DNA from: Synechocystis sp. PCC 6803 substr. PCC-P
Lineage (GTDB): Bacteria > Cyanobacteriota > Cyanobacteriia > Cyanobacteriales > Microcystaceae
Assembly: GCF_000284455.1 (NCBI RefSeq)
Contig: NC_017039.1
Coordinates: forward strand, 3,420,001 to 3,452,000
Direction of reading: 5' to 3'
DNA length: 32,000 nucleotides
The notes under the pieces were generated by a model. The model was not told the DNA's origin. It saw only the letters and a program-made list of their open reading frames with translations, and ran no database searches. Positions 20,158-28,773 of this stretch are shown here, piece after piece; positions within the stretch are counted from its first letter, which is position 1; each line of letters opens with the position of its first letter. Made by a program: the position numbers and the translations under genes.

Positions 20158-23100
20158 TCAAGCTAATCCAGTTTCATTAATTGCAACTCCGAAAGCATTG
20201 AACTGAGCCAGGGCCTGGGAGGAGCCAGGGACAAAAACGTTAGAGAAAACCCAGTTCCAGTTACTATCCGCATACCAAACACCAATCTCTCCAGAGCTTT
20301 GGTTTTGCCAGAGCACCTGGTTGATGCCCTCTACTGTTTCCGCAGCCAGGGCTTGCCAGTTACCAATGTCATTTTCAAAAGCCTCCCCAAGGTAACGTAA
20401 AGGAGTCGTCAGACCATCCCCAGTTTGAACATGATAGCCAAAGATTCCTCGCAGGAGGCTAATAGAACCCTCGGTTTCCACGTTGGTGAGGCTGTCACCA
20501 ATAAGTTGATCATTGTTGATGTCAATTTGGAAGGTGACCTCGGCATTAAGAGTCTTCAAAGAATTGGCCGACCAAGTTTCAGAGGAAATCCAATTCCAGT
20601 TGGCATCAGTATTCCAAATACCAACCTCCTCGATGTCGGGATTTCGCCAGAGAATTTGATTGATCCCGTTAATCGTTTCTGCCTCTAGGATTTGCCAATT
20701 ACCAAAGGTGCCATTGACAAAGGGTTGATTCTGGTATTTAACTACCATTTGTGTCTCGTCAGACAATTTGACGTGGAAAGAGTTGGCTAAAATCCCAGCT
20801 TGAATATCATTGGCGATCGGAACAACAGATGAAAAATTTGGAGGCGAAGAAAAGTTTTTCTCAATACTTTCAAATAAAGATTTATCGAAAACAAAATTTT
20901 CAGTTGTTAAATTTTCTTCTTGAATATTTTGTAGGAGAAGAATGTCTTTTTCAAATAGAGAAATAATGAAATCATTACCCTCTTGCCTGGAGGTAAAACT
21001 ATTTAACCCTAGGGGGAAAGGAAAATCCACAACCCCAATCACATCTTCTTCTGGATTAAAATCTGTAATGACATTAATTGCACTGGTACTAAACCTCTGC
21101 CCATATTCTTCAATCGCATCAAAACTAAGACCACCCTCATCAATGACATTTTCAACAATGTTAATACCTAATGTTCCATTGGGATCATCGTAAAACCAGA
21201 ATTGGTCCTTGCCACTCCCCCCAGATAGAGTGTTACCCCCAGCAGAAATACTGGCATAAATCACGTCATTGCCCGCACCAGCAAAAACCTCTTGATTGCT
21301 ATTGACGATAATTCGGTCATCGCCATCGGTTCCCATAACATCGCCACTGAGGGATAAGGACTGCCCTTCGCTCTGTAAACTAGTTATTTTCCTGCCACTT
21401 AATAGTTCTTCGGCACTAATACGTGGCATTGGGCTGGGAAAATTAAAATTAGGATCAAAGTTCCCAAAATCATCATTCCCCGGGCTGACATCAACTAAAT
21501 CATCTTGCTCATCGACAATACTATTATCATTGTTGCCTATAACATTTTCAAACAAAGAATTATCAAAGGTAAAACTCTCGGGGGAAAGACTTTCAACATT
21601 AACACCTTGCAAAAGAGCGACATCCCTGGCAAAGAGGGAAATAATTGCGTCATTGCCTTCCTGCCTTAATTGGACATCATTAACTCCTACGGGAACAAGA
21701 AAATCAGCAAAACCAATTGAGTCTTCATCAATGTCAAAATCTACAATCACATTTATTGAGCCTTCACCGAACATATCGCCATAAATTTGGCGGATAAACC
21801 TCTCCTGCTCATTTGCATCAGCAATACCAACATTTACTATTTTTATTGTTTCTTTGAAACTATCAATTACTTCCGCTGCCTGATCGTCATAGAACCAGAA
21901 TTGATCCTTCCCGATGCCTCCGGATAAGGTGTTACCCCCTAAGGATATTCCTGCGTAAATTTCATCATCGCCTGCGCCGGCAAAAACCCGTTGACCAAAA
22001 TCCACAATGATTTCGTCATCTCCCCCTAAGGCTTGTATTTCGCGACTCTCAGAGTCGATAACAGTGACATGATCGTTATCTTCCGTGAGAACAAAGGGAC
22101 TTCCCTGAATGTATGGTTCCGGAAACTGTTGGAGTGATTCTGGCTTGTCTGATTTGATATTAGGCAAAAATGTATAACTAATCATTCTCGCTTCCTTAAT
22201 TCCATTAACTTCTTCTTCCACAACTTTTGAGACCATTTGTTCTATGTGGCGATTTGTTAAACCTTCTAAAATCACCCTCGGTTCTTCTGATTTCCCCTGG
22301 CCATCGCGAAAAACCAGGCCTCGATAATCTTTGTCACCAATCGTTAGATGCTGATATGTTACGGAATACCTAATCTTGCCCCCGCCGTTATCTAAATACA
22401 GAACATCTAGTCCAGGATCAAAGTCTTTAATAACGGTCATTTTATCTAAAATACTAGGCTCCTGGGGGTTTCCTGCACTATACTTACTGATCGTTGAAAA
22501 TATTTCCACCCCTAGGATGCCCATTTCCAATGCTAACTCTGGAATTTTCCCTCCTGGAACCACTGCCCCGGCGACACTAAGTACCTTTAGTCCTACTTTC
22601 AATCCTTTCAGAGAAAGTTTCGTAATATCTGCCACCATGGCTTGATTAATCGCATCTTTTCTGGAAATAGCAACGGTGGAAACAATAAAAATATCGGCTT
22701 CACGCCTTCCAGACGTTTTAGAATTACCGTAAATCAATTGAACTTTGTCTTTTGTGTTGGCTGAAGTGGGTAGTCCTGCCAAAATAATATCTGTCCCATC
22801 TCCCGCCTCAATGGTATTAAACCCCTTACCCCCGTCTATGAAGTCACCGATTGTCGGGACAACACCTTCAGCGTTTTCTAGGGTTTTGATAAACTCTTTT
22901 AACTCTTTGACCTGCTCCTCTAAACCGGGTAAAACTACTAGATCTTCAATCGGAACGGAATTGTCTCCCCCTTGGATTAGATCGTCTCCGTCACCACCAA
23001 TGAGAATATTAAAACCCTGTTCGCTGATTTCTCCTGAGACTTTGATTACATCGTTACCAGGACCGCCATAGGCAAAATTATGGCCTGTACCAACATCTAT

Positions 23101-24015
23101 AAAATTATCTCCATGGAATTCTGCGGGGGGGATAAAGCTACCTGAAGGGTCGTAGCCTCCATAAATAATATCGTTCCCTTCTCCTCCATAAATCGTATCA
23201 TTACCGGCCATTCCTTGTATGGTGTCATTCCCCAGTCCGCCCCAGATTATGTCTTGAGTGTATTGGAGGACACTAGACCAAAGACCATCATTAGGAAAAT
23301 AAAACGAATCTCCATAAATCAAGTCGTTCCCAGGACCACCGTAAATTCTGTCAATGGCATCGCCAACCGAGGAAGGATAGGCACGAAGTCCCCAAAGAAC
23401 ATCATCTCCAGGGCCACCCTCGATGATGTCACTATTTTCTGCACCAAAAATAGTATCGTTCCCGTCTTCTCCGGATAAGTATTTCCGCCCGGCCATCCAA
23501 TTGCTCGTTATTGTATCGTTTCCATTTCCTCCCCACGCTGAATCAAGTCCAGGACCAACGTCAATATAATCGTCTCCATCCTCACCCCAGATTTGATCAT
23601 TTCCATGTTCTCCGAAAAGCCGATCATTGCCAGGGCCTCCCCAGATCTGATCATCTCCTCCTTCTGCGAGAATCATGTCATCACCTTCTTCTCCGTAAAG
23701 TTTATCTGCTCCATCAGGAGTTCCACCAGGAATCCAGTCGTGGTACCCCCCACGGATGGCGTCATTTCCAAAGCCGCCATAAATTGTGTCCGAATCCCCT
23801 TCACCTGAAAGAAAATCATCTCCGTGGTGGCCGTAGATGACATCGTTCCCATTCGCTCCAGATATGGTGTCATTGGCTCCTGATAGGCTGGAAAAATTTC
23901 GACCATGGACAAGATCATCTCCGGATTTTGCCCAAACAACATCGAATTTATGACGATCAGATGGTCTGAGATCGATGTTGTCAGCTGATTCCGAGCCTTG
24001 CCATATTTTCCCCAT
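20158..24015 (-). CDS. RTX calcium-binding protein (leukotoxin LtA-like; probable sll0721 orthologue); ORF track starts at GTG 24030, but ATG 24015 has GGAGG upstream
   Basis: Many GGxGxDxxx repeats in the N-terminal third ('GDDFLSGEGDSDTIYGGFGNDAIRGG', 'GGPGNDRLFGEHGNDQIWGEDGDDYIDVG'); duplicated central units; two W-rich units at the C terminus. Confidence 0.92.
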   Translation of the reverse strand: MGKIWQGSESADNIDLRPSDRHKFDVVWAKSGDDLVHGRNFSSLSGANDTISGANGNDVIYGHHGDDFLSGEGDSDTIYGGFGNDAIRGGYHDWIPGGTPDGADKLYGEEGDDMILAEGGDDQIWGGPGNDRLFGEHGNDQIWGEDGDDYIDVGPGLDSAWGGNGNDTITSNWMAGRKYLSGEDGNDTIFGAENSDIIEGGPGDDVLWGLRAYPSSVGDAIDRIYGGPGNDLIYGDSFYFPNDGLWSSVLQYTQDIIWGGLGNDTIQGMAGNDTIYGGEGNDIIYGGYDPSGSFIPPAEFHGDNFIDVGTGHNFAYGGPGNDVIKVSGEISEQGFNILIGGDGDDLIQGGDNSVPIEDLVVLPGLEEQVKELKEFIKTLENAEGVVPTIGDFIDGGKGFNTIEAGDGTDIILAGLPTSANTKDKVQLIYGNSKTSGRREADIFIVSTVAISRKDAINQAMVADITKLSLKGLKVGLKVLSVAGAVVPGGKIPELALEMGILGVEIFSTISKYSAGNPQEPSILDKMTVIKDFDPGLDVLYLDNGGGKIRYSVTYQHLTIGDKDYRGLVFRDGQGKSEEPRVILEGLTNRHIEQMVSKVVEEEVNGIKEARMISYTFLPNIKSDKPESLQQFPEPYIQGSPFVLTEDNDHVTVIDSESREIQALGGDDEIIVDFGQRVFAGAGDDEIYAGISLGGNTLSGGIGKDQFWFYDDQAAEVIDSFKETIKIVNVGIADANEQERFIRQIYGDMFGEGSINVIVDFDIDEDSIGFADFLVPVGVNDVQLRQEGNDAIISLFARDVALLQGVNVESLSPESFTFDNSLFENVIGNNDNSIVDEQDDLVDVSPGNDDFGNFDPNFNFPSPMPRISAEELLSGRKITSLQSEGQSLSLSGDVMGTDGDDRIIVNSNQEVFAGAGNDVIYASISAGGNTLSGGSGKDQFWFYDDPNGTLGINIVENVIDEGGLSFDAIEEYGQRFSTSAINVITDFNPEEDVIGVVDFPFPLGLNSFTSRQEGNDFIISLFEKDILLLQNIQEENLTTENFVFDKSLFESIEKNFSSPPNFSSVVPIANDIQAGILANSFHVKLSDETQMVVKYQNQPFVNGTFGNWQILEAETINGINQILWRNPDIEEVGIWNTDANWNWISSETWSANSLKTLNAEVTFQIDINNDQLIGDSLTNVETEGSISLLRGIFGYHVQTGDGLTTPLRYLGEAFENDIGNWQALAAETVEGINQVLWQNQSSGEIGVWYADSNWNWVFSNVFVPGSSQALAQFNAFGVAINETGLA
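20225..20378 (-). repeat. W-rich C-terminal repeat unit 2 of the RTX protein (approximate limits)
   Basis: 'GNWQALAAETVEGINQVLWQNQSSGEIGVWYADSNWNWVFS'; resembles the W_rich_C family. Confidence 0.8.
20575..20715 (-). repeat. W-rich C-terminal repeat unit 1 (approximate limits)
   Basis: 'GNWQILEAETINGINQILWRNPDIEEVGIWNTDANWNWISS'. Confidence 0.8.
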
Positions 24016-24358
24016 TTTGAAACCCTCCACTGGACTCTAATACTTTAACTAGATAAAACTAAACTTTAATCAGATAAAGTTTTAGCCAGATACAGTGATG
24101 CTTAATTTTTACTCAATAACCCTAACACATAAAACAGTAAAAAATGAGGTAAATGTTATGGGGATTACATTTGCACAACGAATTCTATTCTGATATCATG
24201 AAATCGCAACAATTTGGTAAATCATTCTGCTTCAGAACGTGTTTAAAAAACACCCAATATTGAGGGAGTTAGGGGATAAATAAAATTTTTAAACAGATTT
24301 TTAGTTGTGTTCTCAATCGAATAACTGTAAAATAATCTTTGTTTCTTAGATTATGCTT

Positions 24359-24802
24359 TTAGCAATAATAAGTTGCTACCCGTAGGACTTTTTTCCCATC
24401 TTTATCTAGCCTTAAACCTTTGACTATTTTATTGGGAAAGATATTGTTTTTCAGATCATGGACAATTTGTTTGGCATGACCAAAGGGTGCAATGAAGTAA
24501 AGAACATAAATGTTTTCTCCCGAGTTTCTCTCTTCGACACTTAAATTAATATCATTTTCAATAAGTTCTTTTTCTACTTGATCATTAATAAAAGCCCAAC
24601 AAGCAAAGCCAATTGGCTTATTATCTTTAACTGTCCGATAGATTCGATATTGATTCAGGTAGATAGAGGGCAAAAGGTAATTTATAATAAAACTAACAGG
24701 ATACTTGGCAAAGTTCTGTGAAGCCCCCATTAAAAATACAATTTCGCCCAGTATTTTTAGAGCGTTTTCATTGATAGCAACTGTATATTTATCAGCAGTC
24801 AT
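24359..24802 (-). CDS. HlyC-like (RTX toxin-activating lysine acyltransferase fold) protein, 147 aa, with substituted active-site residues
   Basis: Near-gapless alignment to remembered E. coli HlyC: 'KILGEIVFLMGASQNFAKYPVSFIINYLLPSIYLNQYRIY' vs '[40 protein letters not shown]'; 'IAPFG' and 'LRLDKDGK' motifs. Confidence 0.87.
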   Translation of the reverse strand: MTADKYTVAINENALKILGEIVFLMGASQNFAKYPVSFIINYLLPSIYLNQYRIYRTVKDNKPIGFACWAFINDQVEKELIENDINLSVEERNSGENIYVLYFIAPFGHAKQIVHDLKNNIFPNKIVKGLRLDKDGKKVLRVATYYC

Positions 24803-24851
24803 TAACTGTTATCGAATAAAAAACTAAAATCATATTATGCAATATTTGTAG

Positions 24852-25754
24852 TCATGTTAAAAGTTTAGAAGCCCGCCACGCATATTTAAGATTGTCGAGA
24901 TGGGGAGCAAGACGACGCTCAACAAAATTAACCATAGGATAGTTATCAATGTCGACTCGACAGGTTGCTTTAGGAGCATCTGGCGCAGTTTTAATTTGAA
25001 TATTCATAGCCGTAGCAAGCATGATCAAACTTCGGCTGAGGGGCTGAAGAGCTGGATCGACAAACATCTGGGTGTAGCGAATGGTATCGGGGGCGATGCG
25101 ATGGGTAAGCATCCAGCCAACAACTTCATCTTTGTAACGCAGGCCTAAGCTGTTGAGGGATTCTAACTTATGACTTTCCACAAAGGGATTAAATTTTTTA
25201 ATGAGCGGATTGGCTTCCATTGTGTTTTTAATTGCTTCTGCATCTGCTTCGGTGAGGCTCGACCAAGGGAAAAGCGAAAACTGAGCAGGAAGCTTTGCTG
25301 ATAACTTGTCGAAATTTTTCAAAAGACTGGCATTTTTTAACTTCCCCATATTTCCGTAGCAGATCAATGCCGTTTTTGCTGGTTTTTCCCAATTACAGCT
25401 TGCAAGCATTTGTTCGATAAATACCTTATTGGGATTATCGAGGTAACCTAAGGACACTTTTTCGCAACCACGATGTATTAGTTCATTTTCCAGCGATCGC
25501 AGTAGCGCAGCACCGATTCCCCGTTGACGATATTCGGGAATGACAAACAGTGAACAAATCTCGGCAACCTTTTTTTCCTCGCAGATAGCATCTTTAGCCA
25601 GAACAAGACCAACGGGATAGCTTTCAATTTCCAGACCGAAAGCTATCCAAGAATTATCCTCTGAGATATGCAGCAGATGAGACTGATAGGCTGGGTAGGT
25701 TAATTCTTTAAAATTTACAGCCGAAACACTGTCCAATTGAATTGGTTCATACAT
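24852..25754 (-). CDS. GNAT-family N-acyltransferase, 300 aa
   Basis: Motif A 'EICSLFVIPEYRQRGIGAALLRSLENELIHRGCEKVSLGYLDNPNKVFIEQMLASCNWE'; the C-terminal half may be a second, degenerate GNAT lobe. Confidence 0.82.
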   Translation of the reverse strand: MYEPIQLDSVSAVNFKELTYPAYQSHLLHISEDNSWIAFGLEIESYPVGLVLAKDAICEEKKVAEICSLFVIPEYRQRGIGAALLRSLENELIHRGCEKVSLGYLDNPNKVFIEQMLASCNWEKPAKTALICYGNMGKLKNASLLKNFDKLSAKLPAQFSLFPWSSLTEADAEAIKNTMEANPLIKKFNPFVESHKLESLNSLGLRYKDEVVGWMLTHRIAPDTIRYTQMFVDPALQPLSRSLIMLATAMNIQIKTAPDAPKATCRVDIDNYPMVNFVERRLAPHLDNLKYAWRASKLLT

Positions 25755-25964
25755 GGAAAATCAGCTCAAAAAGTTTTAGCTATAGTCACAATATGGACGG
25801 GAAAACATTTGCAAATATCATCCCTGACTATAAATCTAAAGAATCCAAATCCCCCCAAATAGGGGGAACTTAAAGTGGCAGTTAAATTTCATAAACAGCT
25901 TCTAAATCAAGCTTAGATAAAAGTAGGCACTAGAGTCCTAATTGATTTAGAGGTGTTACAAAGA

Positions 25965-26105
25965 CTAATTTTTAATAAATGCGTTGAACAACATAGAACC
26001 GCCACAAACTACCTCTAACTCAGCGTCAGAGAGTTCGCGGTACTTGGGAGCAGAAGACTGGGATTTTGTTTCTTGACGTTGCACAGACTTTTCAACTTTA
26101 GACAT
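25965..26105 (-). CDS. Double-glycine leader peptide precursor 1 (46 aa): MSKVEKSVQRQETKSQSSAPKYRELSDAELEVVCGG/SMLFNAFIKN
   Basis: Leader ELSDAELEVVCGG; GAGGAA upstream of the ATG at 26105; near-identical leader shared with precursor 2; adjacent to a C39-peptidase transporter. Confidence 0.88.
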   Translation of the reverse strand: MSKVEKSVQRQETKSQSSAPKYRELSDAELEVVCGGSMLFNAFIKN

Positions 26106-26196
26106 GGGAGTATTCCTCAAAAATGTTTGACTAGTGAAATGAAGTTTGTCCATCCACATCAAAAGGCTTGATCAATAAAGTCAGCCTTATCGAACT

Positions 26197-26215
26197 AAAT
26201 TGTTTAAAACAATTT
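26197..26215. promoter_or_regulatory. Perfect 9-bp inverted repeat AAATTGTTT-A-AAACAATTT immediately after the precursor 2 stop
   Basis: Direct reading aaattgtttaaaacaattt; could be a processing/stability hairpin or an operator. Confidence 0.5.
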
Positions 26216-26216
26216 C

Positions 26217-26384
26217 CTACGCGTTTTTAATGGCAGAGTCAGGTAACTTCACATTGTCACCACAGATTATAGCGATGCCACCACAAACAACCTCTAATTG
26301 AGCATCAGAGAGTTCACGGTACTTGGGAGCGGTGGACTGGGATTTTGTCTCTTGGACTTGTACGGACTTTTCAACTTTAGACAT
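26217..26384 (-). CDS. Double-glycine leader peptide precursor 2 (55 aa): MSKVEKSVQVQETKSQSTAPKYRELSDAQLEVVCGG/IAIICGDNVKLPDSAIKNA
   Basis: GAGGAAAA upstream of the ATG at 26384; leader ELSDAQLEVVCGG. Confidence 0.9.
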   Translation of the reverse strand: MSKVEKSVQVQETKSQSTAPKYRELSDAQLEVVCGGIAIICGDNVKLPDSAIKNA

Positions 26385-26539
26385 GAAATTTTCCTCGTAT
26401 GGCACTAGTTAAATAACTAATCTTTGTACCATAACAGACGCAAATTAATATAAGATTAAATTAAGGTTAAATTAAAATTAAGTTTTCATTATTTTTTGTT
26501 TACCTGCATTATTGATAGAATGCGCTAACAATAAAAATT

Positions 26540-26556
26540 GTAGTTGTATCAACTAC
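26540..26556. promoter_or_regulatory. Perfect 7-bp inverted repeat GTAGTTG-TAT-CAACTAC just upstream of the transporter start
   Basis: Direct reading gtagttgtatcaactac, ending 15 bp before the ATG at 26572. Confidence 0.45.
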
Positions 26557-26571
26557 TACATTTGATTTGAG

Positions 26572-28773
26572 ATGGTATCGCTTAAGCAAAATTTACTTGG
26601 TGTAAAAAATCGCATTACTTGCATGGCTAAATATCAATGGGTTCAACAACAGAGTGGTGAGGACTGTGCGGCGGCAAGTTTGGCGATCATTGCAAAGCAT
26701 CACGGACGCAATATCAGAATTAATCGAATTAGGGCGCTGGTGGGGACTCGCCAAGGGGGAACCACTTTACTCGGGCTTAAGTATGGGGCGCAGGAACTGG
26801 GCTTTATAACCTCAGCCATCCAAGCAGAACCGGAAATTCTCGACGAATTGGATGAGTGGGCTTTACCGGCAATTATTTTTTGGAAGGGATATCATTTCGT
26901 TGTTTTGTACGGGCAGGAAAAAGATAAATACGTCATTGCAGATCCGGCGATCGGGGTTCGTTATTTAGACCGCCAAGAGGTAATTAAGGGGTGGCAAGGG
27001 GGCATGATGCTCCTATTAGAGCCAGATCCCAAAGGATTTATTTCTCAACTTGATGAAGATCCTGTTCATCCCGTTGATAATCTGCTCAAACGACTGTGGG
27101 AATATCGAGAAATTTTTGGCAAATTATTTCCCCTGAATTTGGCCGTCGGTATTTTTTCCTTATCTACACCCTTATTACTTAAATTTTTAACGGATAGCGT
27201 TCTGACTAAATCAGATACCCAAAAATTAACCTGGGTTGCCATTGGCGTTATTTTGATTACAGTGGTTAATGCTATTTGTTCATTTTTACAATCCAATCTC
27301 GTTGCCTCCTTTGCGGAAGAATTGCAAAAAGGTCTCAAGCTAGAATTTGGCCTGCAAATCTTGAATTTGCCCATTACCTACCATGAAGCCCGTCGCAGTG
27401 GTACGGCAATTCGTCGTCTTTCCGATATTCAACGGATTAATTTATTAGTTTCTCAGTTAGTTATTGATCTCCCCATCAAGACATTTATTGGTCTTGTGGC
27501 CCTTGGTTTTATCGTCTTTTATAGTTGGCAGTTAGCGGCAATCGTGGCGGCGATCGGGGGCATTATGACCTTATCAACCATTGCTTTTCAGCCCATTGTC
27601 CGCCAGACAACCTATCGTTCCATCACTATGGCGGGGGAAAATGCTGGACTCCTGGCTGAATCATTTAATGGAGCCTTGGCCACCAAAACAACGGCGGCTT
27701 CTCCCCAATTATGGCTAGAAATTCAACATCGCTTGCAACGGGAATTTAAGCTTAATTACCGCACTGCTCAAATTCGCATTATCAACAATACTTTTTCGCA
27801 ATTAATGGCGGGGATAGGCACAGTAATTATGCTGTGGTATGGCAGTGTTTTGGTTTTTGGCAATCAACTCAGCATCGGTCAACTTATCGCTATCTATGGT
27901 CTGCAACAAAGTTTTTTACTTTTGATTACAACTTTAGTGCAGTTTTTTACCGATTTCACCCAAGTTAAAGCTATCACTCGACTCCTGGCGGAGTTATTTG
28001 AGTACGAACCAGAAAATCAAGGGGATGATCTCAAAGACCCCATTGAAATTTCTCCCCAGGACGACATTGATTGTCAAAACATTAGTTTTTATTATCCCGG
28101 TCGAGTCAAGTTGATAGAAGATTTGTCCGTTACCATCCCCGGCGGCAAAGTTGTCGGCCTTATCGGAAAATCAGGCTGTGGGAAAAGTACCTTAGCAAAA
28201 ATTTTAACCGGTCTTTATTCAGTGCAAGCTGGGGAAATTAACATTGGGAACCATAGTCTCGGGGATTTTTCCTTGATCTGCCTACGAAAACAGGTAGTGT
28301 TAGTTTCCCAAGATGCTTTTTTCTTCCATCGTTCCATTATTGACAATTTCCGTTTAAGCTCACCAGATATTACTTTGGAGCAAGTTATATCAGCTTGCCA
28401 AATCGCCCAAGCCCATGAATTTGTTAGTCAATTTCCAGAGCAATATGAAACAATTCTCGGTGCGGTGGCGGCAAATATTTCCGGAGGACAAAAACAACGC
28501 TTGGCGATCGCCAGGGCAATTGTAAACGATCCAGCGGTTTTGATTCTAGATGAGTCAACAGCTAATCTTGATCCGGTGACGGAAGCTGAAGTACTCAATA
28601 GTTTGCTGACCAAGCGCCAAGGAAAAACAACGATTTTAATTAGCCATCGTCCTAAGGTTATCAATTGTGCAGATTGGATTATATTTTTAGAATCGGGAAA
28701 GGTTAAATTTAGCAATACAATAAAAAAATTTCGTTCTGAATTTGGAAATGCCTCTGATTTTTTATCCCCTTAA
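26572..28773 (+). CDS. Peptidase-containing ABC exporter (C39 peptidase-TMD-NBD, PCAT type); probable slr1651 orthologue
   Basis: C39 motif 'QQSGEDCAAASLAIIAKHHG', 'GYHFVVLYG' and 'VIADPAIG'; Walker A 'GLIGKSGCGKST'; signature 'ISGGQKQRLAIARA'; Walker B 'AVLILDEST'. Confidence 0.96.
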   Translation: MVSLKQNLLGVKNRITCMAKYQWVQQQSGEDCAAASLAIIAKHHGRNIRINRIRALVGTRQGGTTLLGLKYGAQELGFITSAIQAEPEILDELDEWALPAIIFWKGYHFVVLYGQEKDKYVIADPAIGVRYLDRQEVIKGWQGGMMLLLEPDPKGFISQLDEDPVHPVDNLLKRLWEYREIFGKLFPLNLAVGIFSLSTPLLLKFLTDSVLTKSDTQKLTWVAIGVILITVVNAICSFLQSNLVASFAEELQKGLKLEFGLQILNLPITYHEARRSGTAIRRLSDIQRINLLVSQLVIDLPIKTFIGLVALGFIVFYSWQLAAIVAAIGGIMTLSTIAFQPIVRQTTYRSITMAGENAGLLAESFNGALATKTTAASPQLWLEIQHRLQREFKLNYRTAQIRIINNTFSQLMAGIGTVIMLWYGSVLVFGNQLSIGQLIAIYGLQQSFLLLITTLVQFFTDFTQVKAITRLLAELFEYEPENQGDDLKDPIEISPQDDIDCQNISFYYPGRVKLIEDLSVTIPGGKVVGLIGKSGCGKSTLAKILTGLYSVQAGEINIGNHSLGDFSLICLRKQVVLVSQDAFFFHRSIIDNFRLSSPDITLEQVISACQIAQAHEFVSQFPEQYETILGAVAANISGGQKQRLAIARAIVNDPAVLILDESTANLDPVTEAEVLNSLLTKRQGKTTILISHRPKVINCADWIIFLESGKVKFSNTIKKFRSEFGNASDFLSP

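Noticed and set aside
22376-23840. Plus-strand ORFs of 71-109 aa opposite the RTX gene
   Set aside because: They mirror the RTX repeat codons on the complementary strand and have no independent evidence.
23100-24010. Regularly repeated short DNA units, considered as a CRISPR array
   Set aside because: The periodicity is that of the 9-residue RTX coding repeats; there are no identical repeats with unique spacers and no cas genes.
25850-25867. TCCCCC-CAAATA-GGGGGA hairpin between peptide 1 and the GNAT gene, as a Rho-independent terminator
   Set aside because: The stem is real but no U-tract follows on the minus strand, so a terminator call is not supported.
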